A stretch of DNA of 64,000 nt from Paraspadella gotoi (Eukaryota > Animalia > Chaetognatha): the NCBI GenBank assembly GCA_051294375.1, contig CM119269.1:15511918-15575917 (forward strand), in the 5' to 3' direction. A program made the translations under genes and the position numbers. The first letter of the stretch is position 1; every line of letters starts with the position of its first letter. The notes beneath the pieces were generated by a model, which was not told the origin of the DNA, made no database searches, and worked only from the letters and a program-made list of their open reading frames with translations. Positions 13,719 through 27,658 of this stretch are shown here, in pieces.

Positions 13719-14525
13719 TTTTCCAACAAAGAATTGAGTAAAGGATAGTGCTCAGATGTAATGACTAGTGAAAGTGAGGACAGGGAAAGAGAGAGTAAGT
13801 GAATTTGAAATTTGTGAAAGGAGAGAGAGCCAAAAGTCAATATATTATTATTAGGCAATGTACAACAATGATAAATTTAGAAAAACTAAACATATAACAA
13901 GGATTAATAAATTAGTTGTCAGCTGATGATTATGAAAGTTTGTAAGTTTGAAATAAAGGATGTGAAATAGAAGAATAAGTAATGAGGGATAGATAAGTTA
14001 AAGGTAAGTGAAATGATAAGATAAGAAAGAGCTCAAAATGAGCTGCCCCACCCCCCGGGCGGGCAAATGTGGGGCGTTGGTGATGTAGTCGATTCATGGG
14101 CCTGTCACGGGCTCAGAGGATATTATGGTGGAGTGGGACAAGGTGGGATCTGGTAGTGATCCGGCTGCAAAAATGCTGACCTGCCTGCCGAGGGCCCTCC
14201 TCTCACCTGACGGTGAGGGTGCCTGTTCTAATTTGTTTCAGGACAGGAGATACAGACTCTTCTCCCTCCTCCTGCAGCCGTCGTTTGGGGCGTTGCTCGG
14301 TGTGAGAAGTTGCTGGAGGCTCGGGTGAGGCATCGGACGTCCATGGCCTGCTGAGAGGCCTCCGCCTGACTTGTTGAGTAGTTTTGATAAACGAATCATA
14401 GCGCGGAGGGAGTTCGAATCGTCCTCCATCACGGTTCAAGGAGGGCTCGAGGGCTTTGATTAAAATTGCCTCTCTAATAACTCTTAAGAACCAGTTTTGG
14501 TCATGGGACAGCAGTCTTCCTCTCT
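13547..14525 (-). mobile_element. 3' remnant of a Penelope-like retroelement (C-terminal part of GIY-YIG endonuclease plus 3' terminal region)
   Basis: Minus-strand translation of ~14520-14380 is LLSHDQNWFLRVIREAILIKALEPSLNRDGGRFELPPRYDSFIK, the typical PLE endonuclease C-terminal motif (R.IKEAI.I...P.LNRD.G...LP..Y). A hammerhead motif lies downstream on the same strand. Confidence 0.8.
13593..13638 (-). ncRNA. Minimal type-I hammerhead ribozyme motif in the PLE terminus
   Basis: Minus strand reads TTG-CTGACGA-A-GACTC(loop)GAGTC-GAAA-CATG-TC-CGA: core CUGANGA/GAAA, 5-bp stem II, palindromic CATG stem III, GUC cleavage triplet, 3-bp stem I. Confidence 0.7.
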
Positions 14526-14781
14526 AAACAAAAATATAATTTATCATATATCGATGACCTGACCTGAGCTAAGTGTCTTACCGTCAAGTGAATTGTAGAA
14601 ATTATATAAAAATAAATGGAGTAAAGATTTTGCAAAACAAGAACGGTAATTCAAATGTGTTGCGCCGCAGTGACTTTCTTTTCACATGTATTTATGACAC
14701 GTATTGCCTCGGAATCTTGTCTTTTATTCTGTAAAATTTTTAGGATTTCCTGAAGGCGCACTAGCAGTCACTGAGATTTAA

Positions 14782-14931
14782 GATTTTTTCCTGTCTTAAC
14801 AAATGAGCAATCAACTATAGGCAAATTATATACATTTTTAACGTATGTGGGACAGACCGACGTACAGACATACAGACCGACCGAAAAGTGACTTATAGAG
14901 TTGCTCCGAGAGTACTCGCGACCAACTAAAA
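14782..14931 (+). mobile_element. HINE/DINE-like element 3' part (family B)
   Basis: Near-identical to 26133-26335; (GACC/GACA)n microsatellite, then AAAGTGACTTATAGAGTTG, a palindrome and AAAAA. Confidence 0.6.
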
Positions 14932-16416
14932 ATTTAAATTTTCATGGTTTTCATGGGTTTATCAATAATATCCTGAAATTAATTTTAAAAAGTAATTGGA
15001 TTAAATGATACGTCTTGAACGTGACCACTGACCACTTATTATTCCTACCGACAAAACAGTGTGTAATTTGTGTTGAATTTACCGAATTTTAGTATTTTCT
15101 TTTCAGAATAGGAAGGTGGAGACTTGACAAACGAGTCAGCGAATAGTAGTAATACCGGTAGTTGTAATGGCAAGCTGAAATTTGGGGTCTTTAGCCTCGT
15201 TGTTGTACTTATACTGTTACGTGACGGAGACTTTTGTGTGTTTTGATGTCGATAATTTCCGTGCGAATTTGAGAAAAAGGAATTCGTAAGGAAGGGATTG
15301 TGTCCCGACTCCTGACGACGGACATTGGCAAGCCAGTATCTGTCCAGAGGTCGAGGGTCTATCCCTAACATATTTGATTTATCTCCATGTCTAAAAAAAG
15401 TAAATAATTAGACCATACCTTCCGTAGAGCAGGTTATCATAAATTAATTTAAATTAATTTAAATTAATTTCTAATTCATTTGAGTTTCAGAATAGGTTCT
15501 AAATATTATGGTGCAATAACCCTAAAACAATATTCGCATTAGATTGATCAATATATTACTGAATTCACGATAAAAATGAATAGCTCTCTCTGTTTTACTA
15601 GACGCGGAAATATAAAAATAAAATCGGGTAATCGGATTTAAAAACTTTTGAATTTCAAGAATCAGCATGAAAAGTAGATTTTTTTTTTCAAGTTTTAACC
15701 AACTCACAAGCAAGTTAAGAACCGGTTAAATTCTCGGACGCAATTAAAATGTGCACGAATATTCGAAAGGATATTAAAAAGAGAAATGAAACAGGAAAAA
15801 AAAAGTTTTTGTTTCGTTAAGTTTTATCTGACTCTTATTTGTCGAAAAAATATGAAAGTTTTAGCCTTTCGATTGCGCCGCTTTGTTTTTTTTTGCTCCT
15901 CCAAGTATCGTAAACGACAACCGATTGGTGCAAATTGATATAAGCAAATATAAAAATTGCAGAAAAGTAATTGATAGCAAAGTGTCAAAAAACCGAATAG
16001 ATTTATGGTTTCATAAAAAAAGCAACACCTTGTTAAATCGTTTGGAATAATGTCGGTAATATTTAATAAAATAATAAAAACCAACGTCAACGAATGTTTA
16101 TTTCGCTCTAATTGAAAAATATAAATGCATTTCTAATTAGTTCTATTAAAATTATTAATTAATTATTAATTATTAATTATTAAACTTGAATAAAAAAGGC
16201 ATTCTCCTTGTTTTCCGTTTTGTATTCTGCACTCAACGTTCATGAATCTTAATGACAAGTGCGAGAGACCAGTTTGTAATATTTTAAAACAAGACGTCGA
16301 AATGTTTCTTCGTGTTTCTTTATTGACACAACCAAAACCATTGTCATACTTTCTAAATCTGAATTCAAATTCGAATTTTTCTCTTCTCTAATTTTCTTTT
16401 CACAAAAAAAATTACC

Positions 16417-18734
16417 ATGTCCACAGAAAGCATTTCCGATCTCTCTGACCCGTTGTCATGGCGACTGAAACGCAGCAGTGACGCTCACCGACACGAAAGG
16501 AGACGCCAAACGGTCGCCGTGCGTAACAATATACAGAAACAGAAACAAGTGCGCATTTTGCGGCGGCCGAAACGCCAGAAAAAAAGATCTCGAAAACGAA
16601 AGGCAGAATCGCAGAAACGTAAGCCCGACGACGTCGTTGACGCATTGGAAGAAGCACGTGGAGCAACATCCGAGGTTTTCTTCGGCATCCATCCTTCCAA
16701 CCCCGCTGAATCCGCTGCCGCTGCTGCAGCCGCAGACCTAAGGTCCGACGCCAACGCCGACGACTCTTCCCTCTTTGAATTCGACAACGATCAACTTTTG
16801 GCGCGAATTAACTTGGAAGGGATTTTAGTCGAAACTCAGTTCAACTGGTGTTTCTTCGGTGACGAAAACGACAACAACAACAACTACAACCACAACGACT
16901 TCCCCGCCAATAATAATCTCTCAAAATTGGCCACCTGCAACGCCTCGTCCACCAAGACGATATCCTCGCCCCTCGATTTTCTATCGAGTCTGAGCTCGCT
17001 GTCTCCGGATTCCGGAGTCGACGTCGACGAGCCATTTCGGGAATCCGAGTCGATGGAGGAATCGTCGCCAGGGGAAGCCGGCGCCGACTACACGGCCAAA
17101 TCCGGCGCTCTCTCCATGACGAAACTGTCGCCGCTCCAAAGTTTGTCCCGAATATCGTGGTCCAAAATGGCTGCTGCTTCTTCACATTCCGCCTTCGACG
17201 GCACCTCGTTATCTCCGTCGACGAATTCGTATAAGTTCGACCGAGAATCGTCAACCTCGTCGACTTTCGATCGGACGTCGTCTGCTTCTTCGTCTTCGAT
17301 CTCTGATTGGTCATTTGCCAGACCGTCGACGTCAACTACGCCGACAGCGTCGAGTTTATTCTACAGGGGGTCGTCATCCTATTCTCCATTCGACAGAGCA
17401 TCACTATCATCCCCGTCATTCGACAAAGCGTCCAATGCATTTAACAATTCGACCACGTCACCCTCGGCATTAGATACTGCGCATGCGTCCTCGTCCGCGT
17501 CTCGTCCGTCCGTAATCATGTCCACTTTTGACGCGGCCAAACGGCACGCGTCTTCAAGCGTTCGTTCGCCAGAGACGAACCCTCGCAGTCGCTCGCCCGA
17601 CGACGAGCCCTTCGATCTTCGCGTCGACGATCCTTCATCTCCGACTCGAGTCCCAGTCGGTCTCCCATGGCTTCATCCCCTCGCCGTCGCAGCTGGGCTC
17701 CCTCTTTGGAACCTCCAAGCCGTCGCCGGCCATCCCTGGCACGCTCTCGCCTCCGCCAAGATCTTCGCCGACAACTATCGGCGGCGTCTTGAAGACTCGA
17801 CGGCCGCTTTGACGGTCGAAGAAGTCCGAGCCTCGGCGGAGGCGGCGGTGGCGAATCTGACCGGCCTCTCCGTCGTGCAACGTCGGGAACATCTTCTCTC
17901 TCTGCAGCGGCAGCGGCGGCAGAGCGGCGAAAATATTATAGAGCCGCAGCGTCCCGTTCGTCCGCCGCAATCTCGACCACAAGATTTTCATCTTTACTCG
18001 AAATTTGCTCAAGGAAGTCGAACGCCTGGTGAGTTCGCTTGGTTGCGGTTGAATAAGAGAAATTGAAGAGTGGTGCGTGGATCGGAAAGTTTATTTGATT
18101 GAATCCTGCGTTGTTGAAAGATTTGTTCGGATGATTATTTATTATTAATATTATTATTATTAACATTATTAATTATTAATAAATATTTAATTTTTCCATG
18201 TTATCCCAAATGCCGAAATATGCAAATTACTTATTCTTATTTAGCCTTACCCTAGCTTCCCTTTGTTTTAAATCCTAGACTCTTTGACCTTTAAAACTCT
18301 TCTCATCAGGCGTTCGCGACCGTCCCCTGAAGAAGAGACGTTACCTTCCGCCCGATGAGGACGACAACAACAACGACGACCGGAAATTCTTTCCTCGTCA
18401 ATCCGCGTTTCCGGTTCGTCAACTTCCCGCCGACGTCGATCGAAAATCTCGCGAAGAAGACGACGACGAGGATCGATCCAAACTCGTCATCGACGAACGC
18501 ACCGAGGAACTGGAGCGACGGGCGGACGGGGAAGAGGAGTCGGAGGAGCTGGAGAAAGAGGAGGAGGAGTTTTTGTTGGAGCCGCCGGGAAATGTGGAGG
18601 AGTGGAAGCCGAGTTCGGCTCAGAGGAAGAGGAAGATGATGGGAGGAGCGAAGGCGAAGAAGAAGGGGGAGGAGGTGGGGGAGGAGAAGGGGGAGGAGGA
18701 GAAGAAGAATCACCGTGAGATGGGGATAGGGGGG

Positions 18735-18810
<76 letters not shown>

Positions 18811-19651
18811 AAGAGAGATTCGTTGTCAGTATTCAGTTCCGTTTAAACGACTGTTTTTCTTTTCCCTTATCGCAGGTGGTCGACGTAACGGTTGCAGCCT
18901 CTGGAGGTTCTTGTACGATTTGCTCCAGAGCCCGAGTTACAATCCCGAAATAATCAGGCGAGTTCCTAGACCTTTGATGCAAAGATGTTAAGCAAAAGTA
19001 GAAACGGTTGCCGTGGTTAATTGCGTCATTCGTTTTGCAGATGGGAGAATGAGGGGCGCGGGGTTTTCAAGATAGTCTCTTCGACGGAAGTGGCGAGGTT
19101 GTGGGGAATCGAGAAAGAAAATCCAGAGATGACCTACGAGAAAATGTCCAGGGCTTTGAGGTGAGAGATACCACTCATTTTAGAGTAATTCATATCAATA
19201 TCACGAGACAAAGCTACGTATTGACTGTTGAATCAAAATATTTGTTTAAGCTTTAAAAAAACACTGAAATTTTTATGTTTTATCAATAAAAATTTGAAAT
19301 TACATGAGTATAATAAATAAATAGAATGATAAGGTTTTTGACTTACTTAGTACTTAATTAATTAATAAATTTTTTAAGTTCTCACAGAATCTATTCTTAA
19401 AAATGAAAAATTTTCCCCCAAATTTTATGTTATTAAATATTCAAATGCTTCAGTGTGTCAATACAACGACTTTATATAAAAAGATTAAAAATTTTCTCTC
19501 TTCGTTATAAAAACTTCTGGCCCAACTTACTTTTCGAAAACCCAATTCCTCATTTAATTCAAGGTATTACTATCGACGACAAGTATTGGAACCGGTAGAA
19601 GGGCGACGCCTCATTTACAAATTCGGAATCAAGACGAAAATTCCCTCGTAA
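16417..19651 (+). CDS. ETS-domain transcription factor (C-terminal ETS domain, ESE/ELF-like), long Ser-rich N-terminus
   Basis: Exons 16417-18028, 18310-18714, 18876-18957, 19041-19160 and 19564-19651 splice in frame. ETS domain: SLWRFLYDLLQSPSYNPEIIRWENEGRGVFKIVSSTEVARLWGIEKENPEMTYEKMSRALRYYYRRQVLEPVEGRRLIYKFG. Confidence 0.9.
18736..18806. repeat. (GA)n microsatellite (one of many: 1-45, 4367-4398, 6023-6076, 13680-13715, 52461-52560, 53601-53684)
   Basis: Direct reading of the sequence. Confidence 0.95.
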
Positions 19652-20878
19652 CCTTTTCTTTTACTCTTGTCTAACTTCATTCTCAGGTGAAACGTCACAT
19701 CTCAGAGCGATAATCATAACTGAAAACGCTTCATCATGTCACCATGTGCATTTGTTTACTAAAACCGCGGTGTCTAGTCACAATATAAAAACTATTTTGT
19801 AATACTGTTTGTTTTTTTGTTTTTTTTTATTGCGAAATATCGTGACGATGGATAAACAGTAGCTAGTTTGTCCTTAGCTTTAGCCTTAGTATCAGTAAAA
19901 TTCTAAAAAATAACTAGGACGCTTAATACCGCAAATGTGTTTAATGAGCGTCTACAACGTGACGAAAATAAATTACAAACATAATTAAATAACAAAAAAA
20001 AAAAAATCGCATTCGCGATTCGACGAAATACGTATAAACATTATTAGACAAATATATAGATGGAAAAGTTTCTCTGATTGTACCCACTTCCCAAGCTTGT
20101 TAACTCTCAGTAAACTCCAACTTCCCGACAGTAAAATTAAAATAGCACTCAAAGTAGTTCGCTGCCAACTCGTTGATCATCAGACATTCGGTAGAAAGAG
20201 AAGTTTATGTCTCAATTCATTAATTAAAAAAAAAATAAAGGAAGGAACAAAACAAAATACAGGAATGTAGTCGATTATTAAGTAAGTATTGCTAGAATAA
20301 CACCAAAAGGAGATAATTTAACTGCGCGGTTTCTGTACCGTAACACAACAAACTACACTAACGGTTTTCTATTTTACATTCGCTACACCTGAGATTGCGT
20401 CGGCGTGTTGCAAATTTATGATAATTAATGCAAATTACATAACTGTGAAGTTGTATGATCAATAGATCATCAAAATGTCAAAATGAACTAACGTCTAATT
20501 TTTGTACGAAACTTATCCAACCTACTTTCTTTACTTCCAATCATCTTCGTTCATCAGTGATGAGTGACGGGGATGACGTGGACTAAAGTGGAGGCGGCTT
20601 GTGGATGTTTTCCCAAAATTTTTCCCACCTAAAAACAATATATATATATAATGTAGTTAATTAAGTTTCATTTCGATGCTCGATATATCATTGGGATTGG
20701 TTTCAAACTCCACTTCGCTAACGATCAATATCTAAAGTCGTCCAATCTCCATCTCAAGCTTCGAAAACAGCGGAGCGACTTCCAACTTGTCTTCAAGTTT
20801 CAACGCTTCCTTCCATTCCATTCCATTCATCCGTAGCCACACCTAAATCTAGTTCCACGCACAACCTCAGCGCATTGC

Positions 20879-23800
20879 TTACAATTCATGCGGAAATTGC
20901 TCTGGTTCTTCGTAGTTGTATTTCTGACGATGCCAACTGAAGTCAAATTCCGTCGCCAGGCGTTCTCGGACCTTCTTTACCGTCTTCTCTCGTTTTGTGC
21001 TCTTGAGATAGTCTGCAGAGTCGTCGTCGTCGTCGTCGTCATCGTCGTCGTCCTCTCTCCTTCGTCCGAATCTGAAGAAATCGTCGTCAGAAAAGTCGTC
21101 GTCTTTGTCGTCATCGTCGCCTTTGAAGGCGTTGCTCTCTTTTTTGTCATTTTCAAATCCGTTGTTCTCTTGTTCGTCATTTTTCTTCTCTTTCACGTCT
21201 TCTTTTTTAAATTCGTCAAAAACGTGGAAAAACTCTTCATTCGATGTCGATCGCTCGTTTTTCCTCGAATCTGCGCGAACGAACATCCAGTTTGCTGCAA
21301 TAAGAAAAAAAAGTTAGTTTATTTGATAATTTAAAAAGTATATTTTTTTTATTTAATAATTAATTTATTTATCTATTCATTATTTATTTAATTGACCGCG
21401 CCTTTCGTGATTCACCTCTCAATCTGTTTTTCGCGGCCGGGTAAGGAACCGAACTTGGAGAACGTCGAAAGTACCATGGATCCACTTCGCCATCTCTGTT
21501 ACATAAATCAAGTAGGAAATTATAAAATAAAAACTTGTTTTTAAAAAAGGTACAAACGAAGTTGTTCACAAATCAATGCCACTTACTTTGTTTCCGAAGA
21601 GAAAATCTCCGCCGTTAAGTTATCGATGCTGAAATCTTTCGGAAGGGGCTGCGGAGATTCGCAACCCCAAAGGTGAGGTTTCTTGGCGATCAACTCGGAC
21701 CGCACCAACTGATAAAATAGAAAATGGTTTAATAGATATTAAATAAAAAGCAACATGAAATTTTACGTCGATTTAGTTGTTTCGGTACTTTTTGAAATCT
21801 CTCTTTATTTTTCTAGACATGAAGAGAAACTTTGTTCACTCTCCATCCATCTTAATTCCAAAACAGTTTAAGCATCAATCCCACTTTTTTTTCATCCACT
21901 CAGACCCTTACCCTTACCTCCTTTTGCCACTGATAAATTTGATGGCCGCATTGGGAAGTGAAGATCAACCATTTGTCTTTGTCGTACGGACGACTGTCGA
22001 CTCGATGGGTAAGGATCGTCTCCCAGTAAGTCAACTGACAATCCAGCCATCTACGACATTTTTCGTAAAAAAATAGTTTAAATCGTATACTGGCGTTAAA
22101 ATGGCATAATAAAAAAATATATATACACGATAAATGCTATAAAAAAGCAATGGTCCGCATTCAAAATAATAGTACGATATAACAGATATTCAAGTGTTAT
22201 TTATAACCTTTCGTTTATAATTTTTACCTCGCGTCATTTCCTTCGTCGTTCCCTTCCAAGCGTCGGAATTTCATCTTCAATCTTTGAAAGAGTCGGACGA
22301 GATCTTGGAACTCGACCGAACAGATTCGGAGGAAATCGAGATGGATGATGTAGAGACGCAACTGTTCGATACTCGGTTCAGTATCGTCATCGTCGTCGTC
22401 GTCGTTGTCCGTCGAGTCTTTTAACTCCTCTTTTCCTTCTTCTTTTTCTAGGGAAGATATAAAAGATATTAAAATAAGTAATAAGTTATAAGTAGTAAGT
22501 TATTTGGTATTATTAGTTAAGTATACTATTAGCCTCTCACCTTGAACTGGAGACTCGTCATCCTTTTCTTTTTCCTCTTTCTCCGATTTTATGTTGAAAA
22601 CCTCATGAATCACTTTCCTCTGCAAAGGATCGAGCTCGAAGACCTCGCCCGCTTTTTCGACTTTAACATCGTCGCCGTCGTCGCCGCGAGGGTCGGGACT
22701 TTTTGTACTCTTCATCAAGTCGACCAAATATTGAAACTTCCCTTCCAAAACGTCGCCCATGCCTGTCGGCCTCATGAGCTGGTAAAAGTCGCGAAGTTTG
22801 TCGGATTGAAAAAGAACCTCCAAGGAATTGGAAATGTAGTCTTTCCCAGTCTTCAAGTGTGGAACGATATCGTTGAGCCATTTCGTGTGTTCGCCGAGAC
22901 AGTAGGTCTTGATGCATTCGACGATCTTATCGGCGGGAATATTGAGATGATCCTTCAGGATTCGGTACAGTTCCGGGCTCATTCCATCCTTAATTGACCA
23001 TTCCGACTCTTGCTTTCGTGCGTTCGCGTCCTCTTCCAGCCTTGCGGCCCTCGCCTTCGCCTCTTCCAACTGAGCCTCCAAATCTGAAATCTTTTTCGAC
23101 GATTCTGCCAAGAGTTCCTTCGACTCGGCCAAGCGCCGGTCGGCCTCTTCCGAGGCGATCATTCTCGACAACTCCATGCGCTGAAGAGCGCGGTCCAAGT
23201 CTGTCTTCATCGTCGTCGCTTCCAACTTGCGGCTATCCCTCTCCTCCTCCAACGCCGCCTTCGTCCTCTCGAAATTCTTGAACATCTCCTCGGCCTGCTT
23301 GTCCAACGATCGCTTCACTTTCTCCGAAGCTTTGATCCATTCCTCCTTTTCGAGAAGACTCGATTTCAGTTTCTCCTTCTCCTCGTTGGCTCCGTTCAAT
23401 TCCGCTTGCAAGCTAAGCCTCTCCTCCTTCTCCAGGCCGCAGGCTTGCTTCGTCAACTCAAAGTCTTCCAACTTTGACAAAAGCACCGCGTTTTCTTTTT
23501 CCAACGTCTGCTTCGCCTGCTCCGAGACATTCAAGCGCTTTTCCTTTACAAAGAGCTTTCTCCTAATATCGAACCTCTCCTTATAAAGCTCCCTCAATTC
23601 CTCCTGCACGGTCACCATTTCCACTTTCTCCATGCCATTAACTTGTTTCACCATTTCGAAATCTTCCAACTTTGCCAAGAGCATCGCCCTTTCTTCCTCC
23701 AGCGACTGCTTCACTTTTTCCGACACGTTCAACCGTTCCTCGTAGTGGACAATTTTCTTTTTCTGATCTAACATTTCCTCTTCAACTAATTCGAGTTTCT

Positions 23801-26800
23801 TCAGCGATCTAACCATCTCCGTAATCTCTCTTCCGCAGTCATGCTTCTCGGATTCAATGTCTTTCAACTTTACAGTCAGATTCGCCTTTTCCTCCTCGAG
23901 CAACTGCCTTTCCTTCTCCGACTCGTTTAAGCGCTCTTGGTTGGCGATGAGCTCCTCTTGCAGAGAGACCCTAATCTGGCCCAACGCCTCCAGTTGACTC
24001 TCCATAGATTTATTTTCCGAATCGCGCAGTACATACAGCTCAACGATTTTCTGCTCCGCTTCACTGACGTTTTGAATCAATAGTTGGGGTAACTTGTGCT
24101 CCATCAACCAATCCCTAAAGTAGCTCGTATCGTTCTCAAGCTCTTCCATCTTGCCTCTCAAAGCTTCTTCCCTTTTCTCCAGCGAGTCGACCGTCACCCT
24201 CTCCACAACCTCTCGATCCTCGTCGGAAATAAAGACCGGGTATTGGCTCATAGTATTTCTTCCTCCCAAATACATGGCAGACGCCAATCGCAACCGTAGC
24301 AATATGTTTTCCAACTTCTTAGCTTTGAGCTCTTCGGTCTTGTTCTTCATAACCTCGGCCCAAACCGCCTCCCGATTCCTGGCTTCTCTCCTTAACCCGG
24401 TCACCTTAAGAGCGAGCAAATCCTTTTCCGCGTCCAGCAAATCGCCAGCACAGGTATTCTCCATAAAAAGCCGTTGCCCGATAAATTCCCGCTCCACCTG
24501 GGCAGTAGTCCACGACGAATCCCGAATTTGAACTCTCAGTCTCATGTTTTCCTCCAATAATTCTCTGAATCGGTTTTTAAACTTTTCTTTGTCCCCGCCG
24601 ATTTTCTCATTCTCTTTGATGAGAGCGCTCTCACCGTAAGAGATCATCTTCTCTTTGCTTTTCGAGGTTTTCTCTTCCTCGACGCTCACATCCTGCTCTG
24701 CAGCTACTGTGGCGTCTTGCTTCTCTAGCTTCTCGTTCGCTCGGGCCTCCCGTTGAAGGTCTTCCACCTTTTGCTCCGCCTCTTCCCATCCTTTATTACA
24801 CTCTTCCAAGATGTGCTCGTAATTATATGCTGAGCCCTGGCAAACATTTTGACAATCTGTCTCGAGTCCCGCCATAAACAGGTCTTTCACTTCCTCGTTC
24901 TGAGGGCAAGTATTTGAGGTCACGATGGACTTAAAGGCAATGAAAAGAAATGTCGAACTGAGAAGCATAAGGAACGGGATTATTGAAAACCGCTTTTCAG
25001 TTAAAAACCGGCAACGAACTTCACCATCATCAGCGTCATCATTTTCCCCTGATGACCGCTCGAAATTCTCTTCCGGCAACTCACGTTCAACGTTTCCATT
25101 TTGCGTGGCCTCAGCAAAGTTCGCACTTTGCGAGGCCGGTTCAAAGTTCTCGTTTCGCGTGGCCGGGTCCGAATCGCTACCCAGCACGGAATGGTTATGA
25201 CGCGCTGCCATTTTGAAATTCAGATTTTGCAAAGCCGGAGCCATATTTTGATGCGACCGACTTTTTTTTCGATTTTGACGTTTTGAATGTTTCTTTGGAC
25301 GTTTACCCTTAACGTCGGAAGGTTCATTGCCAGATGGGAGGTAGATATTTTCGTTTGAAGTTGCGGGATCATTTGCCGGCACCGCATTGTGATTTTCATT
25401 TTTATCAACCGGAAATGGGGTTTTCTTTGAGGACGTTGGATCGGGATTTTCCATCGGCAATGCGGCTTCTGGGTTTTTTTGTGACATCCTTGGAACGGGA
25501 TTTCCCTTGGACTTATTACCACCAGAATATAGTCCAAAATACCCCGGGTCTTCTGTTGGCACCAAATAGGAATGAACGACCGGCTTTGGCGTCGAAGCGG
25601 CCATCGCATACCTGTGCCAACGCCCGAATATCCTCTCTCGCTTAGCCTCAACGTCCGACGATCCAATCCTATCAATTTCCCAATCGTGACGCAGGAACTC
25701 GGGAAAAGGTTCCATTTTCGTATAATGCTCGACATTATTTCTCTCTTCTTCCTTTTCTGCCCGCTTGTCGGTCCCAAAATTATATTGCCAGGGCCTATTT
25801 CCCAAAGTGAAGGGGAGAAGAACACCAAAAATTAGGTGAGCTTTAAAATTAAAAAAAACAAAAAACAAAAACAAAACTTCAACAAAATAAAACAACAAAA
25901 TAACAAAACCAAATCAAAAACCATAATCCTAACTAAACAAAACCGCAACAAAACCACAGCAAAACAAAATCACCAGAAAACAAAACCACAACAAAAACAA
26001 GAACGGGAATTCAAATATTGTGTTTCCGTGTAATTTCGACACGTACTGCATTGGAATTACAACTTTTATTATTTTTAAATTTTATATGAGATTTCTTTAA
26101 ATTTAAATTAAATTAATTCAAATTAGATTTGAGGTTTTTTCCTGTCTTAACAAATGAACAATCAAATATAGGCGAGTTATGTCCTTCCGTCAGTCTGTCC
26201 CACTTACGTTAAAGTCTTAAAGATGCTCATAACTTATGAGTGGGACAGACCGACAGACTGACATACCAACCGACCGACCGACCGACCGAAAAGTGACTTA
26301 TAGAGTTTGCTCCGCGAGTACTCGCGGCGCAACTATGTATAAAGAACAAGAGACTTCTCACTTACTCTTTGGGGTCATATAGAAAGACCCCGAGTCGGTC
26401 CCCGGCGACTTGGGCCTCGACCGTATGGGCCTCGGCTTGTTGGGCATTGCCTTCGGCGATGAGCGGTTCCGAGTCGGAGAGGTCGGAGAGGTCGGAGATT
26501 TTGAGGTCGACGTCGCTGTCGCTCGTTTTGCAGTCGCTGGGCACGTCGAGAAGCACGATGTCGCTGGACGAGTCTGGGAGAAGAAAAATATATTGAATTG
26601 TCAGTTTGACTTTGAATGTAAAGTAAAAAAAATAAAAAAATTGAAGGATCAAATTAAATGTAAAAAGAAATTTACTTGAGGTTTATTTACAAACACAAAA
26701 AAATTATTTTAAAAATTTCGTACTTTTTGCTGCCATGTTTCCATTTTATCTCTTCGAAGCTGGCCTGGCTTTAGTCTAAGTTTAGTCTAAGTTTAGTTTA

Positions 26801-27627
26801 GTCTAAGTTTAGAAACATAAATTCAACCTTCCAGACTCATGACTCTGATCCTAACAGAGAAATTAATTTTCGAATATATTTTTAACTTTGCACAGAAAAA
26901 CTAATATGAATAAAAAATCGTTGCATAGTCTAGCAAAATTGATGCATAGTCCGACAAAATTAAAGATAATACTAAAGTCATACCGATTAACCCTTCGTTT
27001 ATCTCACCGCCAGAGTCAGCCTCTTGAGCCACGCGTCTCATCGGACCGCGTTCCGGATAAGAGCTCAATTCTTCCAACGCTTTCTCTCGCTCACGTTTTC
27101 CGTAGTCGATCGCCTCGTGCAGCATCTGGCGGAGAACGGAGAATTAAACAAAAGATCGTGGCATCGATATGTAAAGTTATACAAATTATATAAAATCATG
27201 TATATTAAATTACAATAATTTATTCAAGTCTCCAACCTGCAGCGTCAATTGCATAGAGGCCGGAGTTTTTGTCGATCGCGGCGAAGATTGGGGCAAAGCT
27301 CCTAATAAGATAAGAATTTAACATAATTCCTCGTACTAATAGAAAATTGAAACATAAAAAAACAACGCCACCGCCATCTCATTTTCCCCCCGCAAATCTA
27401 CCCTGCTGGTTCGCCTGCTCCGCTTGCTCCTCCTGCTCCGGCTGCGGCGGCGGATCTTCCAACCCGCTGATGAAATTGTCGTCGACCAAATCTTCATTGG
27501 AGCTGCGTCCCTTGAAGGATGAAGAAGTCGACGCGAGGATCGAGGAGGTTCTCGCAGGGGGATTGAGGGCGGAGACGGCGGAGGCTGGAAAGGGGGGGGG
27601 GAGGGAAAATTAATATAAAAGAAGAAA

Positions 27628-27658
<31 letters not shown>

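Noticed and set aside
15045-15371. 108-aa minus-strand ORF upstream of the ETS gene
   Set aside because: No recognisable motif or consistent splice partners; may be UTR or repeat debris.
22500-25898. 1132-aa single-exon ORF as a complete gene or viral/transposon protein
   Set aside because: Bounded by splice sites at 25794 and 22541 that join in phase to flanking exons; its first and last codons are intronic.
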